Origin: Candidatus Heimdallarchaeota archaeon
Lineage (GTDB): Archaea > Asgardarchaeota > Heimdallarchaeia > Heimdallarchaeales > Heimdallarchaeaceae
Direction of reading: 5' to 3'
Assembly (NCBI GenBank): GCA_018238545.1
Contig: JABCTC010000004.1
Span: 48,416 to 112,415 of the forward strand
Length of the DNA: 64,000 nucleotides
Of this stretch, positions 39,328-49,325 are shown piece after piece. The position numbers and the translations under genes were made by a program. Each line of letters starts with the position of its first letter. Position 1 is the first letter of the stretch. The notes beneath the pieces were generated by a model. That model saw only the letters and a list, made by a program, of their open reading frames with translations, was not told the origin of the DNA and did no database searches.

Positions 39328-40149
39328 ATGGATTTAGGAAGGGTTAAAGCTATCGTGAAAAAAGATCTTCGAGAGATGTTCAAATCAAAATACATCTTAT
39401 CAGCAGTTATAGGCATGCCTATTCTGTTTGCGATATTTATTCCCTTAAGTACATTGTATCCTTTAGTTGCTATCGATTCAAACGAATTCGAAGGTGGAGA
39501 TGAATTTCCTGATTACTTCAAAGATTTGTTTTCTCAAGTGATTCCAAATTGGGATTCTACAGGAGCACAAGGACAGATATTAGTGATAATGTCTTACATA
39601 ATGTACATCGTGGTTCTTCTTATACCTATCATTTTACCTGCTGTTACGGCGTCAGAAACGATTATAGGAGAGAAAGAAAGAAAAACTATGGAAGCTTTAC
39701 TAGCTTCGCCTCTATCTGAAGCAGAATTGGTAACGGGAAAGATACTATCTTCATTCATCCCCTCAGTAGCAGGTACTGCTTTTGCAGCTATTATTTATAG
39801 TTTAATTACCAATATCATGATCTATCCATTTACTAATTCACTTCTATTTCTTGATGCATTATCATTGGTTTTTCTATTTGTAATTGCACCTTTATTATCG
39901 ATTTTATCAGTAGAATTGATGATATTAATTTCAACAAGAGTGACAAGCGTAAGAGATGCATATCAATTAGGTTCGTTAGTTGTTTTACCATTAATGATGC
40001 TAATAATTGGAATAGTTGTAAGTTATTTTTTCATCTCAGTAATAGCTTTAATAGGAGCTGTAGCAATTTTACTTACATTATGTGCAATATTTTTCAAAAT
40101 AGCTACAAATGTATTTGATAGAGAAAGAGCAATAGTGAAACTAGTTTAG
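39328..40149 (+). CDS. ABC-2 type permease (NatB-like)
   Basis: GEKERKTMEALLASPLS...GK; about 6 TM; abuts the ATPase gene. Confidence 0.88.
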   Translation: MDLGRVKAIVKKDLREMFKSKYILSAVIGMPILFAIFIPLSTLYPLVAIDSNEFEGGDEFPDYFKDLFSQVIPNWDSTGAQGQILVIMSYIMYIVVLLIPIILPAVTASETIIGEKERKTMEALLASPLSEAELVTGKILSSFIPSVAGTAFAAIIYSLITNIMIYPFTNSLLFLDALSLVFLFVIAPLLSILSVELMILISTRVTSVRDAYQLGSLVVLPLMMLIIGIVVSYFFISVIALIGAVAILLTLCAIFFKIATNVFDRERAIVKLV

Positions 40150-40160
40150 TTTCACATTAA

Positions 40161-40661
40161 TTACCATTTTTCATAATGTATTTTGTTTTCATCGAATCTT
40201 TCTGAGGGAGGTTTTTCCTCATCTGGGTATCCTATAGCAATTAGAGAGACAGGCAATATTTCTTTTGGCATCTCGAGAAGTTTTTGCATTTGAGGATATA
40301 GCTCTTCACTTGGATAAACTCCGCACCAGACACTACCTAAGCCCAAAGAATGAGCTGCGAGAAGTATATTCTGAGTAGCAGCGGCACAATCTTGAACCCA
40401 AAATCCTCTTTCAAAAGATTTTGTTGGATTTCCACAAACTACTATAGCTAGTTTAGCCATGGAGAGCATTTTAGTATATTTATGAAATTCTGGTATTTTG
40501 TCCAGAGTTTCTCTGTTTTTGATAATAATAAATTCCCATGGTTGTCTGTTACCAGCTGATGGAGCACTCATAGCTGCTTTCAATAATGATGTTATCTGTT
40601 CTTCTGCTACTTCTTGATCAGAAAATTTCCTAATGCTTCTTCGTGATAATATATTTTCCAT
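40161..40661 (-). CDS. Nitroreductase family protein
   Basis: RRSIRKF, APSAGNRQPWEF, QNILLAAHSLGLGSVW, IGYP. Confidence 0.92.
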   Translation of the reverse strand: MENILSRRSIRKFSDQEVAEEQITSLLKAAMSAPSAGNRQPWEFIIIKNRETLDKIPEFHKYTKMLSMAKLAIVVCGNPTKSFERGFWVQDCAAATQNILLAAHSLGLGSVWCGVYPSEELYPQMQKLLEMPKEILPVSLIAIGYPDEEKPPSERFDENKIHYEKW

Positions 40662-40774
40662 GTAATCACCTAAGCGTAATTACCTTTTTTCACCCTTAAA
40701 TCTATTGGAAAATTGAGAATCTCTTTTCTGATTAATAGTTCATCTAGCAAAAAATACAAAAATGATATAGTAAT

Positions 40775-41716
40775 TTGAAGAGTATGGAGATTGGTCTTTC
40801 AATACCAATAAAGATGTCAGCTGATGAGAAAGAGCAATATATCTATAAAGCTCAATCTGTTGGAGTAAACAACATATGGATTGGAGACAATCCTCCTATA
40901 AATAACGCTTTTCTAGATATTGGAAGACTAATTTCTAAGACTGAAACTATGAATTTTTGGACAGGAATTACATCTCCCTTCTATTACAGTCTTGAAGTTC
41001 TATTTTCATTGAGTGTCTGGTTTGCAAAAAATTATCCAAATAGATTTGGTTTGGGTTTAGGAATTGGTAATGTCAATGTCATTGAAAATACTGAGTTTAA
41101 GAAAAAACCATTTTCTAGTTTTAAAATGGAAATCGAGAAACTTAATGAGATAATAGAAATTCGAAAGAAACAAACTGGAGAAGAAGATTTTCCACTACTT
41201 GCGATGGGAGGATTAGGAAATAAGATGATAAGCTTAGCAACTAAAAAAGCAGATTATCTCTTACTTAACAGTGTTTCTGAGTTTGATATTGAAAGAGCTG
41301 CAATAATGATAAATAGAGCAGCAAGTGTCAATGATAGAAAAATCAAGATAATCCCATATGGAATGATGCAAATTGTTTCAGACAAACAAGATATTTCGCT
41401 GACAATGTGGAATATAGCAAAAGACATAGCAAAAGGATGCTCTACGTCTATCTTGCGATCTCATGGTTATACTGCAAAAAGAATTGAAAAGATAAGAAAT
41501 CTTAGCTGGGAAAGATACAAAAAGGTACCTCAAGGAGAGATAACCGAAATAGTTAATGATTTTGGTTTCTATGGTTCGTTAGAAGAAATTAAGGAGCGAT
41601 TGAAGAAAATCAAAGAACAAAAAGAAACTGGCATATTTCAGCAAATTGTTTTAGGTTGGATGTACGAAGAAGATCAATGGGATGATATCAAAAAATTAGT
41701 CAAATCTGTATGTTGA
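40775..41716 (+). CDS. Divergent luciferase-like (LLM/Mer-like) oxidoreductase
   Basis: GVNNIWIGD, GITSPF, RFGLGLGIG, LAMGGLGNKMISLATKKADYLLL, YGSLEEIKERLK. Confidence 0.7.
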   Translation: MKSMEIGLSIPIKMSADEKEQYIYKAQSVGVNNIWIGDNPPINNAFLDIGRLISKTETMNFWTGITSPFYYSLEVLFSLSVWFAKNYPNRFGLGLGIGNVNVIENTEFKKKPFSSFKMEIEKLNEIIEIRKKQTGEEDFPLLAMGGLGNKMISLATKKADYLLLNSVSEFDIERAAIMINRAASVNDRKIKIIPYGMMQIVSDKQDISLTMWNIAKDIAKGCSTSILRSHGYTAKRIEKIRNLSWERYKKVPQGEITEIVNDFGFYGSLEEIKERLKKIKEQKETGIFQQIVLGWMYEEDQWDDIKKLVKSVC

Positions 41717-42520
41717 TTATTCCTTTTTAGAGAGATAATCAATAAGAGGTTTCAAATCGTCCCAAACAATTGTAGGTAGAACATTTGACTGTTTTAGTTC
41801 TGTTTTTGATGTATCACCAGTTAATACTAAAGAACTCTTTACTCCGGCGTCATACGCCATCTTAATATCTGTTTCTAACCTATCTCCCACAACTAGAACC
41901 TCATTTTTTTGAACATTTTTACCAGATAAACTTAATTCCAGAATCATTTTGTTTGGTTTACCAAGAATTTTGTCAGGTTTCCTGCCAGTCGCTTGCTCAA
42001 ACATCCTCAAAAAAGAGCCTATATCGGGTATTCTACCTCCATCAACAGGACATGTGTCATCAGGATGCGTAGCAATAAATGGTAAAAGTTCTTCTCTTTG
42101 CAAGAACAATGCAGCTGCTTCTATTTTTTTGTATGTTAGAGTTCTATCAAATCCTAAAATAACTGCTTGTGGAGTGATATCATTATAGGATATACCTTTT
42201 TCTTCAAATTCTTTAATCATAGAAGGAGTACCAACGATATAACACTGAGTTATATTTTCTTTAATCAAAAAATTTACTGTTGTTTGAATTGATGTATAAA
42301 TGTTATGCAAAGATAATTTTACATCTAATACCTCCTCCAATCTTTCCTTGTTCTCTAATGTTGAGTAGGAAGAATTATTGGATAAAATGACAAAATCTGT
42401 TTGCATTCTTTGTAACTTCTTGATAATTTCGGTTGCATATGGTAATGGATTACCTCCCAAAATTAACGTTCCATCTACATCAAAAATGAAGTATTTAATT
42501 CCATCCAGTATATTACCCAA
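41717..42520 (-). CDS. HAD-superfamily IIA phosphatase (NagD-like)
   Basis: FDVDGTL, LSNNS, ATHPD, GKP, VGDRLETDI, LVLTG. Confidence 0.92.
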   Translation of the reverse strand: MGNILDGIKYFIFDVDGTLILGGNPLPYATEIIKKLQRMQTDFVILSNNSSYSTLENKERLEEVLDVKLSLHNIYTSIQTTVNFLIKENITQCYIVGTPSMIKEFEEKGISYNDITPQAVILGFDRTLTYKKIEAAALFLQREELLPFIATHPDDTCPVDGGRIPDIGSFLRMFEQATGRKPDKILGKPNKMILELSLSGKNVQKNEVLVVGDRLETDIKMAYDAGVKSSLVLTGDTSKTELKQSNVLPTIVWDDLKPLIDYLSKKE

Positions 42521-42538
42521 ATTGGTTCCCCTTTCTGA

Positions 42539-44017
42539 TTAGCTTGGAGGTTCAGGAATTTGTTCAGCATCTGGAAATTCTTGGATCTCAGATTCAACTT
42601 CAGATTCAGCTTCAGGTTCCTTTTGAACTTCTACAGTCTTTTCTTTAGCTGGTTTTACTTTCTTATCTTTTGAGAAAAGATTCTTAAAGAATTTTACAAC
42701 TTCTAAAGATGCTTTAACTATTGCATTCCAAATTTTCTTTAACACTGGCAAAATTTTGGCCCAAAGACGTTTGAACCAAATACCTGTTCTCTCAAGAATT
42801 TCTGCTATTTTTAACGTTTTAAATCTGTCACCTAAATCCCGGAAAAATGGAGTGGTCTCAATTTCTTCTATTTTTGTAAGGAGAATTTCTATATGCTCAT
42901 TTGTGAGATCAACACCTAAAGGCATTTTTAACTTCTTAAGTGGACTTAATTCAAAAACTGGAAGGTTGCCTTCAAGAGCAATTAATTTGAATGCTCCTTT
43001 CTTCTTGATTTTAAGTATTGAAATAGCCTCATAAATTTCTTCACCATCAGATTGTGCTATCTCCTTAATACCGTTGATTCTTTCAATTTGAGAACCTAAT
43101 AAGATAGTCTTACTTGTAAGATTAGTTCGAATCTCCATTAGACCAATTTTATTTGCTTCGAATTGTTGTTGCAAGGTCTTGAATTTGTTAGAAAATTCTT
43201 TTGATATACCTTTTCTAGGTAAATGAACTTTTAGACTATTGATTTGTTCAAGTTTCTCAGCAGCTGTGCTAATGAATTGATCACCTTTTAGTATAAGTTC
43301 ACTGGATTGATTAATCTCAATTTCATTAACAATTACATTCCCCTCTTCAATCAGTTTTTCTGCTTCTTCAGATAATAATTGCATTCTGCATGTTCTAAGT
43401 ATTAAATCATACTCAACCAATTCATCTTCTACTTCAGCGATTTTATCTCTAAGATAACCATAAAATTCTGTTACATCAAATGATCCTGAAGTAAGTTTAG
43501 CATATTCATCTTTTAATGCCTCTAATTTTCCAATAATATCAGAGATTGTGTTACCATAGATTTGACTTTTTTCTAAAACTTCATCAAATGAAAGGTCTTT
43601 TAGAAAAGAAAGTTTACGTTTGATTTCATCCTTTAATCGAGGAAGCATTTCTTCTATGTGTTTTTTCCTCTTTAACATAAGGATGGTATCTAACCTTTGA
43701 GAATCTTTTTGTAAACGGGTTTGGGCCTCTGCAAGTTTTCTGTAAATATTGTACACAAATTCATTAAGTAAGTAGTCGTTAACATATTTGGTAACCAGTT
43801 TATCTGCTTCTTTTTCCAAAGGGTTAACAGAAGCCAGTTGATTGTTAATATTGAGATATTGATTATTAATTTCTTCAAAAGTAAATGTTGAACTATCACT
43901 ATAAATTTCATCAGTTTTTTGAATGTCCAGATAGATAATTCTCAATAATTTGTCAGAGGCTATTTTAGTTTCTTTTAACTTCTTAGGTAAAGGACGTAGA
44001 GTTCCAGGTATCATCAC
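42539..44017 (-). CDS. Uncharacterised helical/coiled-coil protein with C-terminal amphipathic helix and acidic tail
   Basis: Long heptad-rich region; IWFKRLWAKILPVLKKIWNAIVKASLEVVKFFKNLF; lies between rad50 and the HAD gene. Confidence 0.7.
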   Translation of the reverse strand: MMIPGTLRPLPKKLKETKIASDKLLRIIYLDIQKTDEIYSDSSTFTFEEINNQYLNINNQLASVNPLEKEADKLVTKYVNDYLLNEFVYNIYRKLAEAQTRLQKDSQRLDTILMLKRKKHIEEMLPRLKDEIKRKLSFLKDLSFDEVLEKSQIYGNTISDIIGKLEALKDEYAKLTSGSFDVTEFYGYLRDKIAEVEDELVEYDLILRTCRMQLLSEEAEKLIEEGNVIVNEIEINQSSELILKGDQFISTAAEKLEQINSLKVHLPRKGISKEFSNKFKTLQQQFEANKIGLMEIRTNLTSKTILLGSQIERINGIKEIAQSDGEEIYEAISILKIKKKGAFKLIALEGNLPVFELSPLKKLKMPLGVDLTNEHIEILLTKIEEIETTPFFRDLGDRFKTLKIAEILERTGIWFKRLWAKILPVLKKIWNAIVKASLEVVKFFKNLFSKDKKVKPAKEKTVEVQKEPEAESEVESEIQEFPDAEQIPEPPS

Positions 44018-44068
44018 ACTTACAAATGTCTTGTTATTGAAAAATCTTACGCAAGTGATAGCATTTTT

Positions 44069-46207
44069 CTATTCTTCTGCTTCTACCTCAATTTCTGTTC
44101 GTGAGACATTAAAAGTAGCTTTATTTTCACGCGTATTTTTATTGTATTCAATTGTTATATATGGTGTTCTAAATTTCTTCCGAATATTTGTGTGTGTAAT
44201 TAGAAAGATTTGCGAGAATTTATCTTCAGAAACCAAACCTTCGATTACATTAGCTCTTCTATCTTCATCTAAGGAACTCAGTGGTTCATCCAGTATCAGG
44301 ATATCCATTTTGGGTGGTTGATAAGGAGAATTCTTCAAAGGTCGTAAACGCTTGAGCAATTCACTTATCCCTATTCTAAGACCTAATCCGATAGCAGCTT
44401 TATCTCCACCAGAGAGCATGCTTTGACTCTTAACAAATCCTGTTTCCTCATCCTTAATACTCATATGCAAAGTTTTTGTTCGGGTGGGTTGAAGATATAA
44501 TTCAGAATATTTACCCCTAGTAAAATTGTAAATATATGAACTTGTAGCTTGCTGAATATTTGCAAGCATTCTATTTGAAATGATATCTTCTGCAATGAAT
44601 TTTTCAACATAGTTCTGAGTTTCTTGTAATAAAGAGAGTTCATAATCTAATCTTACAATCTCTTTCTCTTTTTTCTTATTTTCTTCAATTTGTTTCTCCA
44701 GAGTATCAATATGAGAGTGCCTTTCCTTTATGAAATTTAATTGATGTTTCTTCTCTTGTTCTTTTAAGTTTAAATCGCGTCCTAAATCTTGCACATGGTC
44801 AAATAACTCTTCAAAACTGGATAGGTTGTATTTAGTAGCTAGTTCCTCCAAACTTTTAGCTTTGAAAGCTATCAAAGAATCCTTCAGTTCTTTGGTAATC
44901 TTCTTCTTCATATCCTCCATTTCTGTTAGTTCGGATAAATCATCAGAAAGATTTTCTAGTTCTTTTTTATCTCTAAGTTTGGATCGATACTCATTCAGAA
45001 GTTGATGAATTTCTGATTCAAGATTTGTGCGAGCTTTAGTTTTCTTCTCTATTCCTTGTGCTAAAATTGGAATGTTTTTTCTAGATAGTTCTAGCAATTC
45101 TTTTAGTTTCGTTTCATCTATCTCCTGGTCACAAACTTCACATCTAGCTTTTTCACCTTTTTCGATAGATATTCCCCCTAAGCTTTTCTTTCGATTTGTG
45201 AATGTTTCAAAATCGCGCTCTAAACCTGCATTTTCTTTGATAATCTTTTCAACAGCTGTGCGTAGTTCTTCCTGCTTTTTCTGTAAATCAGACATATCTT
45301 TATCGAATTCTTTTGTCTTTGATTCAAGTTCCTTATCTGAGAATGGGTAACTAAGACCATTCTTTCCGGCTAAATCTTGAAGCTTCCGAGTTTTTCGATC
45401 TATGTTAATACTCTGTGTATCGATTCTTTGAGTTAAACCGTTCAAATCTTGCAAATCTTTTACAGCTGGGAATTTACTCGAAGAAATTTTAACAGTATTA
45501 ATCTCCCCTTCTAATTTCTTTATATCCTTCTTAACTCCCACTATTCTATCTTTTGTTTCTGTTTTTTCAAAATCAATGTTTACTGTTGTTCTATCTATAG
45601 CATTTCTATCTTTTTCATTTTCGAGTAATAATTTCTTTCCTTTGACAATCTCAATTGCTTTGTCTCTATAGTCTTCTAATTGGAAAAGCTCATAGATAGT
45701 GTCGCGTAATTCAGCACCTTTAGCTTCTGCAAGTGCTTGAACTAAACCTTGCCTAACAATTATAGTATTCAGAGTTTTATCTCTAGTTGTATTGAATAAT
45801 CTGTTTATTTTAGCTTCGACATCAGGCACACCTTCACTAATTTTTTTGAGAATCTTGATATTACCTTCCAAAGCGGCTTTTTTTTCTATTTCCATTAAAT
45901 AAGCTTGTACTGAAGTTTTTCTACTATGTTTTCTCTGAATAAGATAGTACTTGTTATCAACCTCAAAAGCTACGAAAACCTCTGTTTCTGACTTCCCTCT
46001 CTTTATCAGATCTTCCTTTGTTCCAAGTTCTTTTGCAGAAGTTGGGTCGTAAAAGAAAGCATAAAATATCGCATCAAAAAGACTTGATTTACCAACAGAA
46101 TTTCCTCCTTCAACAAATATTAAACCATCAGGAAAAGATCCTTCAGATGGGAGTTGAATCTCACTGAAGCATTTGAAATTCTTTGCACTAATCCATAGTA
46201 TCTTCAA
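44069..46207 (-). CDS. rad50: Rad50 DNA double-strand break repair ATPase
   Basis: NFKCF, Walker A GGNSVGKSS, Q-loop VRQG, central CEVC zinc hook, LSGGD, ILDEP, LITH. Confidence 0.9.
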   Translation of the reverse strand: MKILWISAKNFKCFSEIQLPSEGSFPDGLIFVEGGNSVGKSSLFDAIFYAFFYDPTSAKELGTKEDLIKRGKSETEVFVAFEVDNKYYLIQRKHSRKTSVQAYLMEIEKKAALEGNIKILKKISEGVPDVEAKINRLFNTTRDKTLNTIIVRQGLVQALAEAKGAELRDTIYELFQLEDYRDKAIEIVKGKKLLLENEKDRNAIDRTTVNIDFEKTETKDRIVGVKKDIKKLEGEINTVKISSSKFPAVKDLQDLNGLTQRIDTQSINIDRKTRKLQDLAGKNGLSYPFSDKELESKTKEFDKDMSDLQKKQEELRTAVEKIIKENAGLERDFETFTNRKKSLGGISIEKGEKARCEVCDQEIDETKLKELLELSRKNIPILAQGIEKKTKARTNLESEIHQLLNEYRSKLRDKKELENLSDDLSELTEMEDMKKKITKELKDSLIAFKAKSLEELATKYNLSSFEELFDHVQDLGRDLNLKEQEKKHQLNFIKERHSHIDTLEKQIEENKKKEKEIVRLDYELSLLQETQNYVEKFIAEDIISNRMLANIQQATSSYIYNFTRGKYSELYLQPTRTKTLHMSIKDEETGFVKSQSMLSGGDKAAIGLGLRIGISELLKRLRPLKNSPYQPPKMDILILDEPLSSLDEDRRANVIEGLVSEDKFSQIFLITHTNIRKKFRTPYITIEYNKNTRENKATFNVSRTEIEVEAEE

Positions 46208-46209
46208 AT

Positions 46210-47487
46210 TTATTCCTCCTTTCCTTCTGCTACTAATTGAGAAGTAGAGTTGAAGACTTCATCAACGATTACAGCGCCCATCTCAATCATCTGATTAATA
46301 TGTTTCTCATCTTCAATTCCTAGAGAACGAATGTATTTCTCGAAATCTTTCACCGGATCGTCTATGAGATATTCATAAATTTTTGCGCCTTTTTGTTGAC
46401 TTATAGGTGCTCTTTTCACTAATTCTCCGTCATCCCACCTGAATTCTAGAATGTTGTAAGTATCATCGAACACTTCTTTCTGAATATCGACAAGATTGTC
46501 TTCCATAGCCCACCAATTAGAAAGAATGATAGTTCCTTCAAGCTTTACTTTAACTCGTGAAGCAGTTTCTCCAACGAATTTCTTTTTGAATTTAACCAGT
46601 TTTTCTCTAACTACATTTTCAAAAGCTGAAGGTGTTGTATCTGATTTTAGGCTTATTTTAAATTGTATCATTTTTCTTTTAGATTTAATAGGAATGGGAA
46701 GAGCAATAGGATCTTTACCTTTAACTACCTGGACTTCTAACACACTTTTTTCATGGTCTCTTTCTGCAAAAGTGTGTTTTTCTGTACTCCCAGCTTGCCA
46801 TGCATTTTTCTTTACTTTTCTTTGTTTGTGATCATGACCCAGAGCTACGTAATCGTAAGGATACTGAAGAATTAGTTCGTGTAAGTCCATACCTCTTTGC
46901 ATTCCATGAACTACTGCAACAGAAAGTTTGTTAGAATCAGGTTGTTGGTTATTTCTCACCCACTCTTCATAAGCTTGAGCCAAGTGAGGAAGACGACCAA
47001 ATTTGAAATATGGGAACAAGTAGAAGTTGATATTCTTAAATTCAATAATCAAAGGTTTGTTATCAACCATGGCCTTCTTAAGTTGATAATTCGTGCAGAT
47101 GAAAACGTTATTTGGGAATGCTGCTTGAATAAATTCAATGGTACTATAATTACGAGTAAGATAAGAGCCATGATTCCCATCAATGATAATGACTGGAACT
47201 CTGTTAGCTGTTTTTTCAAAGAATTTTTTAAGTTCTCTTATTACAAAAGTTCTAGAATACTCAGTAGGTCCTAATAGATTCCTTCCTACAGGAGTATCGA
47301 ATAGATCACCAGAATGAACAACATACTCACATTTAGTTTCCGCTGCAATTTCTAGAGCTTTCTGGAAACCATTACAATAGTCCTCCTCTATCCATGTAAC
47401 CCTATTCTGAATTTTCCATGCATCTTTTACATCACGAAATCTTCTATGAGATACATGAGTGTCTGAAAAATGTAAAATTTTGACCAT
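46210..47487 (-). CDS. mre11: Mre11 nuclease
   Basis: SDTH, GDLFD, GNH, VHG, LGHDH metallophosphoesterase motifs; 2 nt from rad50. Confidence 0.9.
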   Translation of the reverse strand: MVKILHFSDTHVSHRRFRDVKDAWKIQNRVTWIEEDYCNGFQKALEIAAETKCEYVVHSGDLFDTPVGRNLLGPTEYSRTFVIRELKKFFEKTANRVPVIIIDGNHGSYLTRNYSTIEFIQAAFPNNVFICTNYQLKKAMVDNKPLIIEFKNINFYLFPYFKFGRLPHLAQAYEEWVRNNQQPDSNKLSVAVVHGMQRGMDLHELILQYPYDYVALGHDHKQRKVKKNAWQAGSTEKHTFAERDHEKSVLEVQVVKGKDPIALPIPIKSKRKMIQFKISLKSDTTPSAFENVVREKLVKFKKKFVGETASRVKVKLEGTIILSNWWAMEDNLVDIQKEVFDDTYNILEFRWDDGELVKRAPISQQKGAKIYEYLIDDPVKDFEKYIRSLGIEDEKHINQMIEMGAVIVDEVFNSTSQLVAEGKEE

Positions 47488-47498
47488 TTTTTCACCAT

Positions 47499-49313
47499 TT
47501 AGAGTATAGGTACTTCAGCTGTTTTTCTCTTTGTTTTTTCGACTTTTAATACTTTGTGGGGGTCTTTAAAGAATGGAAGCTGACTCTCAATATAGAGTGG
47601 AACATTACTCACCTTTACTGGCAAAGGTATGTTCTTGAGAGAATTAGTAAGAATAGCTTCTCCTCTACTTAGTACTTTGAACTCGTTTTCATATCCAGAG
47701 ATGTTATTACTGGCATTGATTATCGCTTGACGGATCTCAATCTCATTGCCTAGCATCATGTTAAGTTCAGTATTAGTATTAGCTAGTATCAGGGATTCCA
47801 TTGAGGATATATTTTGAGTAATAAGAAGCAAACCAATCCCAAATTTTCTACCTTGTCGAGATATGTCAATGAATATATTTCCTTCTTTTGACATCTGTGA
47901 TCCTAAAATACTTGGAGCTTCTTCAACAGTTATCATAACAGTTGGGAGTTCCTTTATATTCTTCAGTTTATAATCTGAACCGTCTTTACCTAAAGTATAA
48001 AGATCCTTTATTGAATAAGCAGAATTAGCTGATTCACCTAATAGTTCAGAAGCAATATCATGTGGCAGTCGTGATTTCAATTGTTCTTTGAATTGATTCC
48101 ATTTTGTAGAAGACATAAGAGCTTGTCTCAAAGAGAACAAAGTTCTAGCAACCATTGTAATAACAACAAATTGCTCAGTTGACGATAATAGTGCAGTATT
48201 AAAATTGTAGAAATGACCAGATTCCAAGTTGTAAATAATCTCTGCCAAATCACTCACCTTATCATCTTTGAAGATCTGTGAATTGATAATGGGATATAAT
48301 CTTCTTTTAACTGCGCTTACAGTTCCCTTTGCAAAACCTCTTGTATCATCTTCAGCTGCAGTTTCAATTTTAGTAATCCAATTTTGTTCAGATGCTCGTA
48401 CTATATTCATGTATCCTGACATCTGATCGGAAACATACATCACTGAAGTGACATCACTCACTGTAAGGTCAGCTCTTCTGAATCTTATTGGTTTACTAAA
48501 TCGTTGCATTTCGAGATTAACTGACTCTAAGTCTCTTGTCAGATAGAATTTATCGCCAAAGATAGCATTATATTGCTCATTACTACCTTTACGGACAGCA
48601 TTAGCTATATCCATGATACCCTTTTTCTTATCTTGAAATTGTAATCCATTCATATATTCATCATGAACATCTACCATGAACACAGAAACATTCTTGTTGA
48701 GATCCTTCTTGAGAACCCAATTTTTCAGATTATTCCTGAGTGCAGATGTGATGAAAGTTAACATGAAGAAAGATTTTCCTGCTCCTGTAGTACCTGCAAC
48801 TTGGACATGCATAGGTAAAGAATCAATGTCAATACAAATAGGAATATCTAGAGTTGAAGTCCCGATTAACAATTGACCAATTTCAATATCAGTTCCTAGT
48901 TCACCTTCAAGTAAGCTAGATAGCGCAGCTGGACTGTCTGAACCTCTATAAACTTCTGAAAAGTGAGGAGGAAGAGTTCTAGGTTTCTTAAATATCCATT
49001 TCTTTTTGTCAACGTCAAATTCACTATAACCCATCAATAGACCGTGAACTTTTACAAGTTTTTCTGATTCAACTCGAGCTATGTAAGCTTCTCTATTTCG
49101 CAAGAAATTTGCAGCTATTGAGCCCAAATCTTGGATGTTTCTTAACATGTTCTCATAATTCATAACTCTGAACAAGAACATTTTATCAATTGATTGAGGC
49201 TTGATAATTAATATTTCACCAATTTGAAAGCGTATATCTGAACATACAATTCTGAGTGTTGATATATCACCTTCAGCTAGAATTCCTATTGGTTCCGCTA
49301 ATTCTAATTTCAT
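47499..49313 (-). CDS. herA: HerA DNA translocase/helicase
   Basis: N-terminal HAS-barrel-like region, HVQVAGTTGAGKS, DVHDEY, VEEAP, RQGRKFGIGLLLITQ. Confidence 0.9.
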   Translation of the reverse strand: MKLELAEPIGILAEGDISTLRIVCSDIRFQIGEILIIKPQSIDKMFLFRVMNYENMLRNIQDLGSIAANFLRNREAYIARVESEKLVKVHGLLMGYSEFDVDKKKWIFKKPRTLPPHFSEVYRGSDSPAALSSLLEGELGTDIEIGQLLIGTSTLDIPICIDIDSLPMHVQVAGTTGAGKSFFMLTFITSALRNNLKNWVLKKDLNKNVSVFMVDVHDEYMNGLQFQDKKKGIMDIANAVRKGSNEQYNAIFGDKFYLTRDLESVNLEMQRFSKPIRFRRADLTVSDVTSVMYVSDQMSGYMNIVRASEQNWITKIETAAEDDTRGFAKGTVSAVKRRLYPIINSQIFKDDKVSDLAEIIYNLESGHFYNFNTALLSSTEQFVVITMVARTLFSLRQALMSSTKWNQFKEQLKSRLPHDIASELLGESANSAYSIKDLYTLGKDGSDYKLKNIKELPTVMITVEEAPSILGSQMSKEGNIFIDISRQGRKFGIGLLLITQNISSMESLILANTNTELNMMLGNEIEIRQAIINASNNISGYENEFKVLSRGEAILTNSLKNIPLPVKVSNVPLYIESQLPFFKDPHKVLKVEKTKRKTAEVPIL

Positions 49314-49325
49314 CTTTATACCTTC

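Noticed and set aside
38359-40149. ABC pair as cognate importer for the upstream permuted SBP
   Set aside because: ATPase and permease are ABC-2/NatAB exporter type, not OppBCDF; no EAA loop or Cys-rich OppD tail
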